From Pseudomonadota bacterium (GTDB lineage: Bacteria > Desulfobacterota > Desulfobacteria > Desulfobacterales > RPRI01): a DNA stretch of 64,000 bases. Shown one piece after another: positions 1-9,193 of the stretch. Under the pieces are notes generated by a model. That model did no database searches. It was not told the DNA's origin and saw only the letters and a program-made list of their open reading frames with translations. The translations under genes and the position numbers were made by a program. How positions within the stretch are numbered: position 1 is the stretch's first letter; each line of letters opens with the position of its first letter. The stretch is taken from assembly GCA_043825875.1 (NCBI GenBank), contig JBDRRF010000067.1:1-64000 (forward strand). The letters are read 5' to 3'.

Positions 1-141
1 AGCCAGTTTCAAAACGCCCCATTTTGGCCGATCTCTGCGTTGGGCTCAAATTTCAATCCTCGAAATACTCTATGTATTCCTGTGGTTGAAATTTTCTCCC
101 GCCTTGAGCTTGACCAAACTGAAACGTTTTGAAAGTGGCTC
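1..141 (+). mobile_element. MITE-like ~142-bp palindromic repeat, copy 1 (first base cut off by the window edge)
   Basis: Near-identical to 35741-35882 and to the reverse complement of 61549-61689; terminal inverted repeats (G)AGCCAGTTTCAAAACG ... CGTTTTGAAAGTGGCTC. Confidence 0.85.
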
Positions 142-680
142 AAAGAGAATAGTTTTTTTATGTGATTTTCTATAATACCACAATTGAAAAAAATATTGCA
201 AATACCAAATTATTGAACATGCAAAATAGTAGTGCAAAAATCATTTAGCTTATTGTTGGCAGATAAAACTTGACGGATTTAAATATGTTTTATTATAATG
301 CAGGCCTCATTTTTATTAAAATAGAATATATTTTATGCCTTAACTGCTTACAATAATATATTAAAATATTTCAAGTATAACACTTTTATATTCTATAGGG
401 CCGCTTATATTTACTCCGTGCAGTTTTTTAAAACAGGGATTTTGTTATGAAATAACCCCTATTATATAAAATGTGCTATTGTTTAAATATTAATATGGTT
501 AGATACTGACAAGGAATTATTATATGCTTTAAAGCAGATAGATCGGATAGGTTAAGAACCAGGAATTTTTTTATATAACAGTATAAATAAGACTGAGTAT
601 CAATAATAAGTTATAAACGCAACTTAAGCAAAAGGGACTTGCGAAGCCGAAAATAATTAAAAACGGCTAAAAGGGGGATT

Positions 681-1238
681 ATGAATCTGTTTGATATCTT
701 GGTAATTGTAATTTTATCTTACTGCCTTATTCGTGGTATTTTCAGAGGTGTTATAAAGGAAATTTCATCTCTGATAGGAGTGCTTGGGGGTTTTTACGCT
801 GCCTATACCTATTATCCGGACGTCAGCAAATTCTTGCAAAATTGGATTGCTAACCATAATTATATAAACGTGTTAAGCTTTCTTCTGGTTTTTATTTTTG
901 TTTTCTTAATAATCAGCATTCTTGGGGTCATAATAAAATATATTCTGAAGATAGTTTTTCTCGGGTGGGTTGATAGAATATTTGGAGCGATTTTTGGAAT
1001 ATTGAAAGGCACACTAATCAGTTGCATACTGTTAATCGTATTTGTGTCTTTTCTTTCAGGCATCACAAATATAATTATGTCTTCAAAAACATCGCCTTTT
1101 CTTGTGATATTTTCTGATAAGATGATCATGGTGACACCAAAAGTCCTGAAAAATGAATACCAAACAAAAATAAAGGATATTAAAAAAGCTTGGGAAAAAA
1201 GCGGTCAAACAGAGAAGAGCAAAACTTTGAAAACTTAA
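681..1238 (+). CDS. cvpA: CvpA (colicin V production) family membrane protein
   Basis: MNLFDIL...RGIFRGVIKE N-terminus, DRIFGAIFG motif, several TM segments; GGGGG RBS. Confidence 0.9.
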   Translation: MNLFDILVIVILSYCLIRGIFRGVIKEISSLIGVLGGFYAAYTYYPDVSKFLQNWIANHNYINVLSFLLVFIFVFLIISILGVIIKYILKIVFLGWVDRIFGAIFGILKGTLISCILLIVFVSFLSGITNIIMSSKTSPFLVIFSDKMIMVTPKVLKNEYQTKIKDIKKAWEKSGQTEKSKTLKT

Positions 1239-2005
1239 TAAAGCTTATTGAAACTCTCAGAGGTACCAACGGATGTCCGTGGGATCAGAAACAAACCCCT
1301 AAGACAATGGCCGTATATCTTTTGGAAGAAGTATATGAACTTGTTGATGCAATCGAATCGGAAAATTTTGATGAAATATGTGAAGAGCTTGGAGATGTAT
1401 TATTCCATATTATTTTTATCGCAAGGCTTTTTGAAGAAAAAAAAGCTTTTGGAATAGATGATGTTGTAAACCAAATTACGGAAAAAATGGTACGCCGCCA
1501 TCCACATGTGTTTGGACAAGAATCTGCCGAAGATGCATCCGTATTGAGAAATCGCTGGCATAAAATTAAAAAGAATGAAAAAAACCATGCAAAAACAGGA
1601 GCGACTCTGGATTCTGTACCCGGAAAGCTTCCGGCACTGATGCGGGCATATAGAATTTCGGAAAGGGCTGCGCGAACCGGTTTTGATTGGGATAACATCA
1701 GCGATGTGATGAAAAAAGCAGAAGAAGAATGGCACGAATTCCAATGCGCTCTTAATGAAAAATCGGATGATAGCAAAAAGGAAAATATTGCTCTTGAGTT
1801 TGGAGATATACTTTTTACCCTTGTAAATGTTGCGCGTTTTGCAGCAATCCATCCTGAAACTGCATTGAAAGAATCCATAAAAAAGTTTGAAACACGGTTT
1901 CAAACTATGGAAAAAATGGCTGCACAAAGCGGTCGGGATATTGACTCCTTATCCCGCAATGAATTTGATACAATGTGGGAAACCGTAAAAAGCAGTGAGG
2001 AGTAA
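1190..2005 (+). CDS. mazG: Nucleoside triphosphate pyrophosphohydrolase MazG
   Basis: GCPWDQKQT, EEVYE..EELGDV, RRHPHVF, second EFGD domain; TTG start uncertain. Confidence 0.95.
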   Translation: MGKKRSNREEQNFENLIKLIETLRGTNGCPWDQKQTPKTMAVYLLEEVYELVDAIESENFDEICEELGDVLFHIIFIARLFEEKKAFGIDDVVNQITEKMVRRHPHVFGQESAEDASVLRNRWHKIKKNEKNHAKTGATLDSVPGKLPALMRAYRISERAARTGFDWDNISDVMKKAEEEWHEFQCALNEKSDDSKKENIALEFGDILFTLVNVARFAAIHPETALKESIKKFETRFQTMEKMAAQSGRDIDSLSRNEFDTMWETVKSSEE

Positions 2006-2055
2006 AAAAGTTTACAAAGTTTAAAAATACTTTTAACATTTATGATAATATAAAA

Positions 2056-2685
2056 ATGATTGCTATAATAGACTATGATGCAGGAAATCTGACCAGCGTG
2101 GCCAGTGCTGTAAATCACCTGGGATTTAAATGTATCATTACAAATGATGTCAAAGAGATAGACAAAGCCGAACGCATTATATTCCCCGGTGTAGGTGCCG
2201 CAGGCTCTGCCATGGAAAGCATAAAGCGTCTTGGCCTTGATAAAGCTATTAAAAACGCCCTTTCATCCGCCAAACCCATTCTTGGAATATGCCTTGGCAC
2301 TCAGATTATAATGAATTACAGTGAGGAAAACAACACTGAGTGTATAGGTATTATTGGCGGGAAAGTACTTGCTTTCAGGTTTGACAAAAAACTGAAAAAT
2401 GAAGCGGGTCTTAAGATACCTCATATGGGCTGGAACAGCATTATACTTAATAAAGACCACTTTGTTCTTTCCGATGTAAAAGACAATGATGAGTTCTATT
2501 TTGTTCATGGGTATTATCCGTCACCTGACGACAATTCCCATTTAATAGGAACAACAACTTATGGAATTTCATTTGCATCGATTATCGGGTACGAAAATAT
2601 TATAGCCACCCAGTTTCATCCCGAAAAAAGCGGGAGACCCGGGCTTTCAATACTTAAAAATTTCTGTGTGTGGAAACCATGTTAA
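2056..2685 (+). CDS. hisH: Imidazole glycerol phosphate synthase glutaminase subunit
   Basis: PGVG, GICLG, PHMGWN, QFHPEKS motifs. Confidence 0.97.
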   Translation: MIAIIDYDAGNLTSVASAVNHLGFKCIITNDVKEIDKAERIIFPGVGAAGSAMESIKRLGLDKAIKNALSSAKPILGICLGTQIIMNYSEENNTECIGIIGGKVLAFRFDKKLKNEAGLKIPHMGWNSIILNKDHFVLSDVKDNDEFYFVHGYYPSPDDNSHLIGTTTYGISFASIIGYENIIATQFHPEKSGRPGLSILKNFCVWKPC

Positions 2686-3458
2686 GCAAACGGATTATTC
2701 CCTGCCTTGATGTGCGTGAAGGCAAAACAACAAAAGGTATAAAATTTAAAAATAATGTAGATATAGGTGATCCTGTTGAGATGGCCCGTTATTATTACGA
2801 GGCAGGAGCTGATGAGATTGTCTTTTATGATATTACTGCTTCAAGTGAAAAGAGAAATATTATGATAGATGTTGTAAGGCGTGTTGCCGAAACAATATTT
2901 ATTCCTTTTTCTGTTGGTGGCGGAATACGTAATCATGAGGATATGCGCAAAGTTCTTCTTGCAGGAGCTGAAAAAGTCAGTGTTAATTCAGCGGCTGTAA
3001 AGAATCCTGATATTATTTCAAAAGGAGCCGAAGCTTTTGGTAAACAGTGTATAGTGTTGGGAATGGATGTCAAATTTGTCGGAAAAAGTGATAGTATTCC
3101 TTCCGGTTATGAAATAGTCATAAACGGAGGAAGAACTTTTATGGGAATCGATGCTCTTAAATGGGCTATAGAAGCCGAAAAGCTTGGTGCAGGAGAGATA
3201 TGTCTGAATTCAATTGATGCAGACGGAACCCGTGAAGGATATGAGTTAAATCTCACATCACTTGTTTCGGAAAATGTTTCAATTCCTGTAATTGCTTCAG
3301 GCGGTGCAGGCAAACCGGAACATCTTTGTGATGTTTTAACAAAAGGAAAAGCTGATGCTGCATTAATAGCTTCTATGGTACATTACGGCACATATACTAT
3401 TCCCGAAATCAAATCTTACCTTGATAAAAGAAATGTAAAAGTAAGAAATAGCTGGTAG
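2679..3458 (+). CDS. hisF: Imidazole glycerol phosphate synthase cyclase subunit
   Basis: [33 protein letters not shown] at 2679 overlaps the end of hisH. Confidence 0.97.
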   Translation: MLSKRIIPCLDVREGKTTKGIKFKNNVDIGDPVEMARYYYEAGADEIVFYDITASSEKRNIMIDVVRRVAETIFIPFSVGGGIRNHEDMRKVLLAGAEKVSVNSAAVKNPDIISKGAEAFGKQCIVLGMDVKFVGKSDSIPSGYEIVINGGRTFMGIDALKWAIEAEKLGAGEICLNSIDADGTREGYELNLTSLVSENVSIPVIASGGAGKPEHLCDVLTKGKADAALIASMVHYGTYTIPEIKSYLDKRNVKVRNSW

Positions 3459-3488
3459 GACAAGCACTATAGGAAATAGGGCTTGTCC
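3458..3488. terminator. Hairpin between convergent genes (possible bidirectional terminator)
   Basis: GGACAAGC(A)CTAT-AGGAA-ATAG(G)GCTTGTCC stem immediately after the hisF stop; no clear U-tract. Confidence 0.5.
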
Positions 3489-3517
3489 CGGATAGCTATT
3501 GATCTTTATATTAAATT

Positions 3518-5200
3518 TTAAAAGGGCCAGCTTACAATACCACCTTCGATATAAGATACCCGGCTAAAACCTGCCGCATTTAAAATTCTTTGCGCTTCAT
3601 AACCTCTTAAACTTATTTTGCAAAAAGTAATAATATCTTTATCCTTAGGAAGAGTCTTTGCTTTTTCTCTCAAAGCTCCAAGGGGTATATTAAGCACTTC
3701 GTAAGGAAAAGGCATGGCAGCAACTTCATCCGGCATACGGACGTCGAGTAGTATCACATCCCCATTTTCAATACGTTCTTTTGCCTTAAAAGCCGAGATT
3801 CCGGCAGCAACACCATCCAGTTTATTAATCATCAGATGAGCACAGGTTGCAAGCGGATCAAGTGCCGGGCCATATGGCGGAGCATAAGCAAAATCAACAT
3901 CTGCAAGCTGATCAAGGTTGCCGCCCAAAAGTATAACACTGGCAGCTACATCCAAGCGCTTTGCGCCTTCCCCCAGTCCGGCAACCTGGATTCCCAAAAG
4001 CTTTCTGTCACGTTTGGAAGCTATCATTTTTATTATAAAAGGTTTGGCATCAGGCATAAAATGCGGCTTATCAGGACCTGCCCATGTGGTAGTTTCTATG
4101 TCAAGGTTTAATGATCGCGCCTGTTTTTCCGTAAGCCCTGTTCGACCTATTGTGTAATCAAAGGCTTTCACAATACTAGTACAGGCAATACCATTAAAAG
4201 GTGTGGAACAACCTGCAATATGATTTGCAATAACCCTGCCGTGTTTGTTTGCGGTAGATCCCAGGGGAACATAAAGAGTGCTTCCCGCAGCCTTGTTAAC
4301 ATAATGAGATGCTACACAGTCGCCACCTGCATAAATATCTTCATCACTTGTTTTGCAATATTCATTTACTACGATACCGCCTTTATCCATGCATTGCAAA
4401 CCGGCATCTTTTGCAAGTTTATCATTCGGTCTGGTACCCACCGCAACAACAACCAGATCGGCAGGCAGACTTTGTTTATCCGTATCAACAGATGAAACAG
4501 CTCCTTTACCACCTATAGCCTTAACAGTCTCTGACAGTATAAGCTTTACACCTTTTTGACGCAGATGCTTTGCAGCAAACATTGCCACATCCTTATCCAA
4601 TATGGCAGGCATTATCTGATCTTCCATTTCCACCATTGTTACATCAAGGCCTTTTTTAACAAGGGCCTCCGACATCTCAATGCTGATAAATCCTGCTCCG
4701 ATAAGAACAGCATGCTTTAGATTCTGAGCTTCGATTTGTTTAACAATTGTATCCGCATCATCAGGTTGCCTGATAAACCAGACATTTTTCAAATCAATAC
4801 CGGGAATGGGGGGCCTGAATGGATAACCGCCAGTTGCCAGTACAAGCTTGTCATACTTCATTTTATCTGTTTTTCCGCTAGCCAGATCTTTTACTTCAAC
4901 GGTTTTGTTTTTCCGATCAATTGCAATTGCTTCTTTTCCTGTAAGGACCTTAACACCTTTTGCTTTTTGAAAAAAAGCCGGAGTTCGTGCCACACCCACC
5001 GGGGTTTCAGTTAGCATTTCAACTCTTTCAAATAAACCTTCAACATAATAAGGCAACCCGCAGGCTCCGTAAGAAACAATGCCCCCCTTTTCTATAATTG
5101 TTATGTCAGAATCCGGGAGAAGTCGTTTTAGCCTTGATGCTGCCTTGGGTCCGCAGGCAACACCGCCAATAACTAATACTCGAAGTTTTATATCAGACAT
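3518..5200 (-). CDS. CoA-disulfide/persulfide reductase with C-terminal rhodanese domain (CoADR-RHD / Npsr type)
   Basis: GGVACG FAD loop, SYGACGLP redox Cys, IGAGFI NAD(P)H loop, YAPPY, C-terminal LDVR...FCKISLRG...GG rhodanese. Confidence 0.9.
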   Translation of the reverse strand: MSDIKLRVLVIGGVACGPKAASRLKRLLPDSDITIIEKGGIVSYGACGLPYYVEGLFERVEMLTETPVGVARTPAFFQKAKGVKVLTGKEAIAIDRKNKTVEVKDLASGKTDKMKYDKLVLATGGYPFRPPIPGIDLKNVWFIRQPDDADTIVKQIEAQNLKHAVLIGAGFISIEMSEALVKKGLDVTMVEMEDQIMPAILDKDVAMFAAKHLRQKGVKLILSETVKAIGGKGAVSSVDTDKQSLPADLVVVAVGTRPNDKLAKDAGLQCMDKGGIVVNEYCKTSDEDIYAGGDCVASHYVNKAAGSTLYVPLGSTANKHGRVIANHIAGCSTPFNGIACTSIVKAFDYTIGRTGLTEKQARSLNLDIETTTWAGPDKPHFMPDAKPFIIKMIASKRDRKLLGIQVAGLGEGAKRLDVAASVILLGGNLDQLADVDFAYAPPYGPALDPLATCAHLMINKLDGVAAGISAFKAKERIENGDVILLDVRMPDEVAAMPFPYEVLNIPLGALREKAKTLPKDKDIITFCKISLRGYEAQRILNAAGFSRVSYIEGGIVSWPF

Positions 5201-5225
5201 TTCTACTCCTTATTTCGTTTGGATG

Positions 5226-5367
5226 GAGGCCATTGAAAAATGCCAAGTTTTGCTATGGTTACCGGAAGATACGATTTTCAGTCACAAGAATACATAAAGT
5301 ATTTCAAGGATTGAAATCAAACATCATGCAAAATCGCGCAAAAGAGGCATTTTTTTCAAGAAGCCTT
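5226..5367 (-). mobile_element. Diverged member of the 142-bp MITE-like family
   Basis: Same length; own TIRs AGGCCATTGAAAAATGCC / GGCATTTTTTTCAAGAAGCCT; core CACAAGAATACATAAAGTATTTCAAGGATTGAAAT matches the copy-3 core CACAGGAATACACCGAGTATTTCGAGGATTGAAAT at a similar offset. Confidence 0.7.
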
Positions 5368-5440
5368 GAATTGAAAAACGAAATAATAATATTACATTAA
5401 CATCGATCACGCAAGAAAAGACTTGCAAAATTATTCTTCT

Positions 5441-5806
5441 TCAGGTTCCGAAAATATTAGCAGGTCTATAGGGATGGCTGCCCTCAATAACGTCCACACC
5501 GGCTTTTGCCTTTACTTTCGGTATAATTGTATCTTTGTACGGGCAATTATCTAAAAGGCATGTGCCTATATGTACGGCATCAATTTTTTCATTTGTTAGT
5601 CCCATCCATGCTTTTAAATTAACAAGACGAACGATAGGTGAGGTGCCCGGACATCCTCCGCAATGCAAAAGAGCCCTTAATTTGGCATCAGTACCCTTAT
5701 ATCTTTCAAATTCACCTTCCTTTTTATCAAAAGCCATCAGGCAGCGTTGACAACCCAGACAGGTTTCATCCTTAATATTTTTACAGCTTAACACAGCAAT
5801 ATTCAT
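5441..5806 (-). CDS. CGGC domain protein (putative metal/Fe-S binding)
   Basis: C-x7-CLGCQRC, HCGGCPG, HIGTC..CP, GSH pattern; GGAGG RBS. Confidence 0.9.
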   Translation of the reverse strand: MNIAVLSCKNIKDETCLGCQRCLMAFDKKEGEFERYKGTDAKLRALLHCGGCPGTSPIVRLVNLKAWMGLTNEKIDAVHIGTCLLDNCPYKDTIIPKVKAKAGVDVIEGSHPYRPANIFGT

Positions 5807-5857
5807 GAATACTTCCTCCTTGTTTATTTCAACAATAAGAACTCTATCTGATAAATT

Positions 5858-6241
5858 CTATATTTTTAAGGTAAGATTATTTATTTCTTTTAAGCGCACA
5901 AGAAGTTCAACCGCCTGTTCTGCAACAGGATGTGGCAGTAGTTGTGACATCAAACCAAGTCCTTCGCTTGCTTCGTGAAATTGTTCGGCATCAAGAGAAC
6001 TTACAACTGAACAATTAACCATCGGATTAACGGAAAGTAATCGTAAAGCTAACTGCAATCCGGTCATATCTTTTAAGTTTTCATCTGCAACTACAAGGTC
6101 GACAGGGCTAACAGAAACCATATCCAGCGCCTTTTGGCCCAAGTCTGTCCATAAAACTATAGCATCTTTTTGCTTTTCTATTTCTTTAGCAAAATCGAAA
6201 AAGTTTTCTTTGATTGCAGTAACCAGCAATACTTTTAACAT
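5858..6241 (-). CDS. Single-domain atypical response regulator receiver
   Basis: DLVVADENLKDMTGL receiver core; lacks the N-terminal acidic pair and the conserved Lys. Confidence 0.75.
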   Translation of the reverse strand: MLKVLLVTAIKENFFDFAKEIEKQKDAIVLWTDLGQKALDMVSVSPVDLVVADENLKDMTGLQLALRLLSVNPMVNCSVVSSLDAEQFHEASEGLGLMSQLLPHPVAEQAVELLVRLKEINNLTLKI

Positions 6242-6256
6242 AAGAACCTCTTGTTC

Positions 6257-6616
6257 CTACCAGTGGCCGTCGGTATTCGGGTTATCAGCTAATGGCAGCT
6301 TTCCGTCAATATATGCTTTAACGGCATCTTTTACAGACCCTGAGGCATCATTGGCTACGCCAATTTTTGCAGCCTGAAGAGTTTTGAATGCATTGGGACC
6401 ACAAAATCCGGTAAGCAGAACCTTTGCACCTTTTTGGCTTACCATACTTGCCGCCTGAATGCCGGCACCCTTAAATGCATTAATATTTTCCTTATTATCC
6501 AGCACCTCAAATTCAAAGGTTTCCGAGTCCACGATAATTATGTTGGCTGCCCTTCCAAAACGAGGATCAACCTGTGAATCCAGATCCGTACCGACAGATG
6601 TTACAGCTATTTTCAT
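6257..6616 (-). CDS. orp: Orange-protein-like NifB/NifX (MTH1175) family protein
   Basis: MKIAVT..G..LD..VDPRFGRA, GAGIQAA, LLTGFCGPNAF..LQAA closely resemble the Desulfovibrio orange protein. Confidence 0.85.
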   Translation of the reverse strand: MKIAVTSVGTDLDSQVDPRFGRAANIIIVDSETFEFEVLDNKENINAFKGAGIQAASMVSQKGAKVLLTGFCGPNAFKTLQAAKIGVANDASGSVKDAVKAYIDGKLPLADNPNTDGHW

Positions 6617-6684
6617 TATTTTATCTCCCTGTCCCTGGTTTTATCTTTCAATAGATATCACTCAGAGCCACTTTATTTCTTAGA

Positions 6685-7068
6685 TCAGCCACCACCGCCT
6701 CCACCGCAAACCTGATTATCGCTGATGACAGGCAGTTTGCCTGCGATTAAATCTTCCACAACCGGCCTTATTTCAGTCCTGGTATCATCATGGTAAACGG
6801 CAATGCCCACCTGCCTGAAACCCATCAGAGGACGCATGCCTATTCCACCGACAACAAGAGCATGCACTTTATGACCCGCTAAAAGATTAACAGGTACCAT
6901 ACACCCCCCCTGAACATGTGTCTGATTGGGAACAGTACTTACACTTTTTATCTTTCCATCTTCCACATCAATCAGTGTAAATACATCACAATGACCAAAA
7001 TGACCGGAACGCAGACCATCAAGACCGCCTGCGTCCATAGACGGTATCGCTATTCTTCCTTTTTCCAT
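6685..7068 (-). CDS. NifB/NifX (dinitrogenase FeMo-cofactor domain) family protein
   Basis: RIAIPS, SGHFGHCDVF, HVQGGC, GGIGMRP; ATG at 7068 has an AGAGGAG RBS (shorter than the ORF-track call). Confidence 0.85.
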   Translation of the reverse strand: MEKGRIAIPSMDAGGLDGLRSGHFGHCDVFTLIDVEDGKIKSVSTVPNQTHVQGGCMVPVNLLAGHKVHALVVGGIGMRPLMGFRQVGIAVYHDDTRTEIRPVVEDLIAGKLPVISDNQVCGGGGGG

Positions 7069-7140
7069 TGTACTAGTACTCCTCTTTAATTTTATCAAAT
7101 AAATTATTGTTACTTTAAAAACTAATTTGCTAGTTACCAT

Positions 7141-7995
7141 TCATATATTTATTTGCTTCCAAATTTTTTCAATAGCTTTGGCCGATACCGAGCTTTCATC
7201 ATACTCAAAGATATTTTTTGCCTGTACCATGGATTTTGTTAACGCCGTATCAAAGGGGATTCTCTCCAGAACCTCTATCCCTTTGGTTTTTGCATACTTT
7301 TCTATGGCCAAAGTCTCATCTTTATTTAAATCAAACTTATTAACACTTATCATTGCCGGCACATTAAAATGGGCGGCTAACTGCGCTACACGATCCATAT
7401 CATGCTTTCCGGAAAGTGTAGGCTCTGTTATAATCAGAACTGCCGATGCACCCCCTATGGAAGCAATAACCGGACATCCAACACCAGGCGGCCCATCAGT
7501 AATGATTAAATCCAGGTTATTTGTTTCCGCAAGTTTTTTGCCTTCTTGCCTCACAAGCGTTACCAGCCTTCCGGAATTTTCCTGAGCAATGCCCAGTCGG
7601 GCATGAACCATAGGCCCAAAACGGGTTTCGGAAATATACCATTCTCCGCAGGTTTGCACCGGAAACTCGATAGCCTTTTCAGGGCAAAAGTAAACACAAA
7701 CACCACATCCTTCGCACTCAAGATCATCTATAACAAAATCATCATTTATTGCATTCCATTTACATAGATTACGGCAAAGGCCACATTCGGTACAGAATCT
7801 ATGATCAATGACAGCTTTACTGCCGCCTTTGAAGTCATGTCTTTCTTTAATGTCCGGAGCAGTTATAAGATGCAGATCTGCTGCATCAACATCTGCATCG
7901 CATAGAACTTTATTTTCAGCAAGTGATGCAAAGGCCGAAACAATACTTGTTTTCCCGGTACCGCCTTTACCGCTCACTATAACCAACTCTTTCAT
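7141..7995 (-). CDS. MinD-superfamily P-loop ATPase with inserted 2x[4Fe-4S] ferredoxin domain (COG1149 type)
   Basis: SGKGGTGKT, DADVD, CTECGLCRNLC / CEGCGVCVYFCP, DGPPGVGCP. Confidence 0.92.
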   Translation of the reverse strand: MKELVIVSGKGGTGKTSIVSAFASLAENKVLCDADVDAADLHLITAPDIKERHDFKGGSKAVIDHRFCTECGLCRNLCKWNAINDDFVIDDLECEGCGVCVYFCPEKAIEFPVQTCGEWYISETRFGPMVHARLGIAQENSGRLVTLVRQEGKKLAETNNLDLIITDGPPGVGCPVIASIGGASAVLIITEPTLSGKHDMDRVAQLAAHFNVPAMISVNKFDLNKDETLAIEKYAKTKGIEVLERIPFDTALTKSMVQAKNIFEYDESSVSAKAIEKIWKQINI

Positions 7996-8852
7996 GAAAT
8001 CACCTGATTATAACTTAGATCTGCAAGTTCTTTTATGTTGCTGTTTAAAACTAAAAACTTCTCGCGCCATTTTGGTATCGCATCTACTATAAGTTGGCCT
8101 ATTGAATAGGCTTCAGCAATTTTTCTGCTATATGGAATTTCCATGAGTACCTTGATTTTATTTTTTGCAGCATAGTCTTTAACCTGCCCGTCTCCAATGT
8201 CCGAACGATTAATAACTAACCCATGGGGTATTCCAAGTATCCTCACAGCCTCAACTGCAAGCTTTAAATCATGCAGACCGAAAGGAGTTGGTTCTGTAAC
8301 CAGCAGTATAAAATTGGAACCCTTCATGGAAGTAATTACCGGGCAAGATGTCCCCGGAGGAGCATCGATTATAGTCAGCAATTCAGGTTTGGTAAATGAA
8401 CGAACCATACGGATAAGGGGAGGCGACATAGCCTCTCCTACCTTTAGCCTTCCATGCACAAATTCGACTCCGTTCCTGTTTCCTGTTTCAATTACTCCCA
8501 ATTCCCTGCCTGTTTCCGAAACAGCACCGGCTGGACAAACCTCCATACACCCTCCACAGCTATGGCACATCTCCGGAAAGGTCAGTATCGTTTTACCCAA
8601 TATGATAATTGCCTTAAACTGGCATATCTCGGCGCATTTGCCGCAAAATGTACACTTATCCTCATCCACTGAAGGAACCGGAGCCATAACTTTTTTTGTT
8701 TCTTTAATTATCGGGTTTAAGAAAAGATGCGCATTGGGTTCTTCTACGTCACAATCTAAAATTTGCACATCTTCCCCAATTGAAACAGCAAGATTTGTAG
8801 CAATAGTCGTTTTACCCGTTCCACCTTTTCCGCTTGCAACGCTTATAATCAT
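7992..8852 (-). CDS. MinD-superfamily P-loop ATPase with ferredoxin domain (paralog)
   Basis: SGKGGTGKT, DCDVEEPN, CTFCGKCAEIC / CHSCGGCMEVCP, DAPPGTSCP. Confidence 0.92.
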   Translation of the reverse strand: MIISVASGKGGTGKTTIATNLAVSIGEDVQILDCDVEEPNAHLFLNPIIKETKKVMAPVPSVDEDKCTFCGKCAEICQFKAIIILGKTILTFPEMCHSCGGCMEVCPAGAVSETGRELGVIETGNRNGVEFVHGRLKVGEAMSPPLIRMVRSFTKPELLTIIDAPPGTSCPVITSMKGSNFILLVTEPTPFGLHDLKLAVEAVRILGIPHGLVINRSDIGDGQVKDYAAKNKIKVLMEIPYSRKIAEAYSIGQLIVDAIPKWREKFLVLNSNIKELADLSYNQVIS

Positions 8853-8864
8853 TATTTTTGGCCC

Positions 8865-9083
8865 CTATGCCCTCGTCATTAACTTGCCGCATTTAGGGCA
8901 CTTCACACCATAACACGGCTTGCCTCGCTCATGGGCTTGTCTTTCTCCACAGTCCGGACATATACATTCTCCCCCCTGTCCCACACCACGGCCACCACCC
9001 ATACCACTTCCGACGGGTTTACCACCTTTTGTTGGTGAAGCGCCCTGACCCTTTCCCCCGCCTCTTTGTCCTTTAGGTGACAT
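8865..9083 (-). CDS. Small Gly-rich protein with Cys-rich zinc-ribbon-like C-terminus
   Basis: CICPDCG...H..G.PC....CPKCG; ATG at 9083 preceded by AAGGAG. Confidence 0.8.
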   Translation of the reverse strand: MSPKGQRGGGKGQGASPTKGGKPVGSGMGGGRGVGQGGECICPDCGERQAHERGKPCYGVKCPKCGKLMTRA

Positions 9084-9104
9084 AATTTTTCTCCTTTTTA
9101 ATGA

Positions 9105-9186
9105 TTTCCGCCAGGCTGCTGCTTGTAGTTTAGTCACAATACCAGCATAGGAGGGTTTTGGCGATTTAGCGGCAGCCTGGCGGAAA
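9105..9186. repeat. GC-rich 19-bp inverted repeat with 44-nt spacer
   Basis: TTTCCGCCAGGCTGCTGCT (9105-9123) vs AGCGGCAGCCTGGCGGAAA (9168-9186), 18/19 complementary. Confidence 0.85.
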
Positions 9187-9193
9187 AACCAGA

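Noticed and set aside
142..680. Long AT-rich intergenic region: possible origin or ncRNA
   Set aside because: No DnaA-box cluster, convincing ORF or recognisable RNA motif; only a weak AGCCG/CGGCT hairpin before the cvpA RBS
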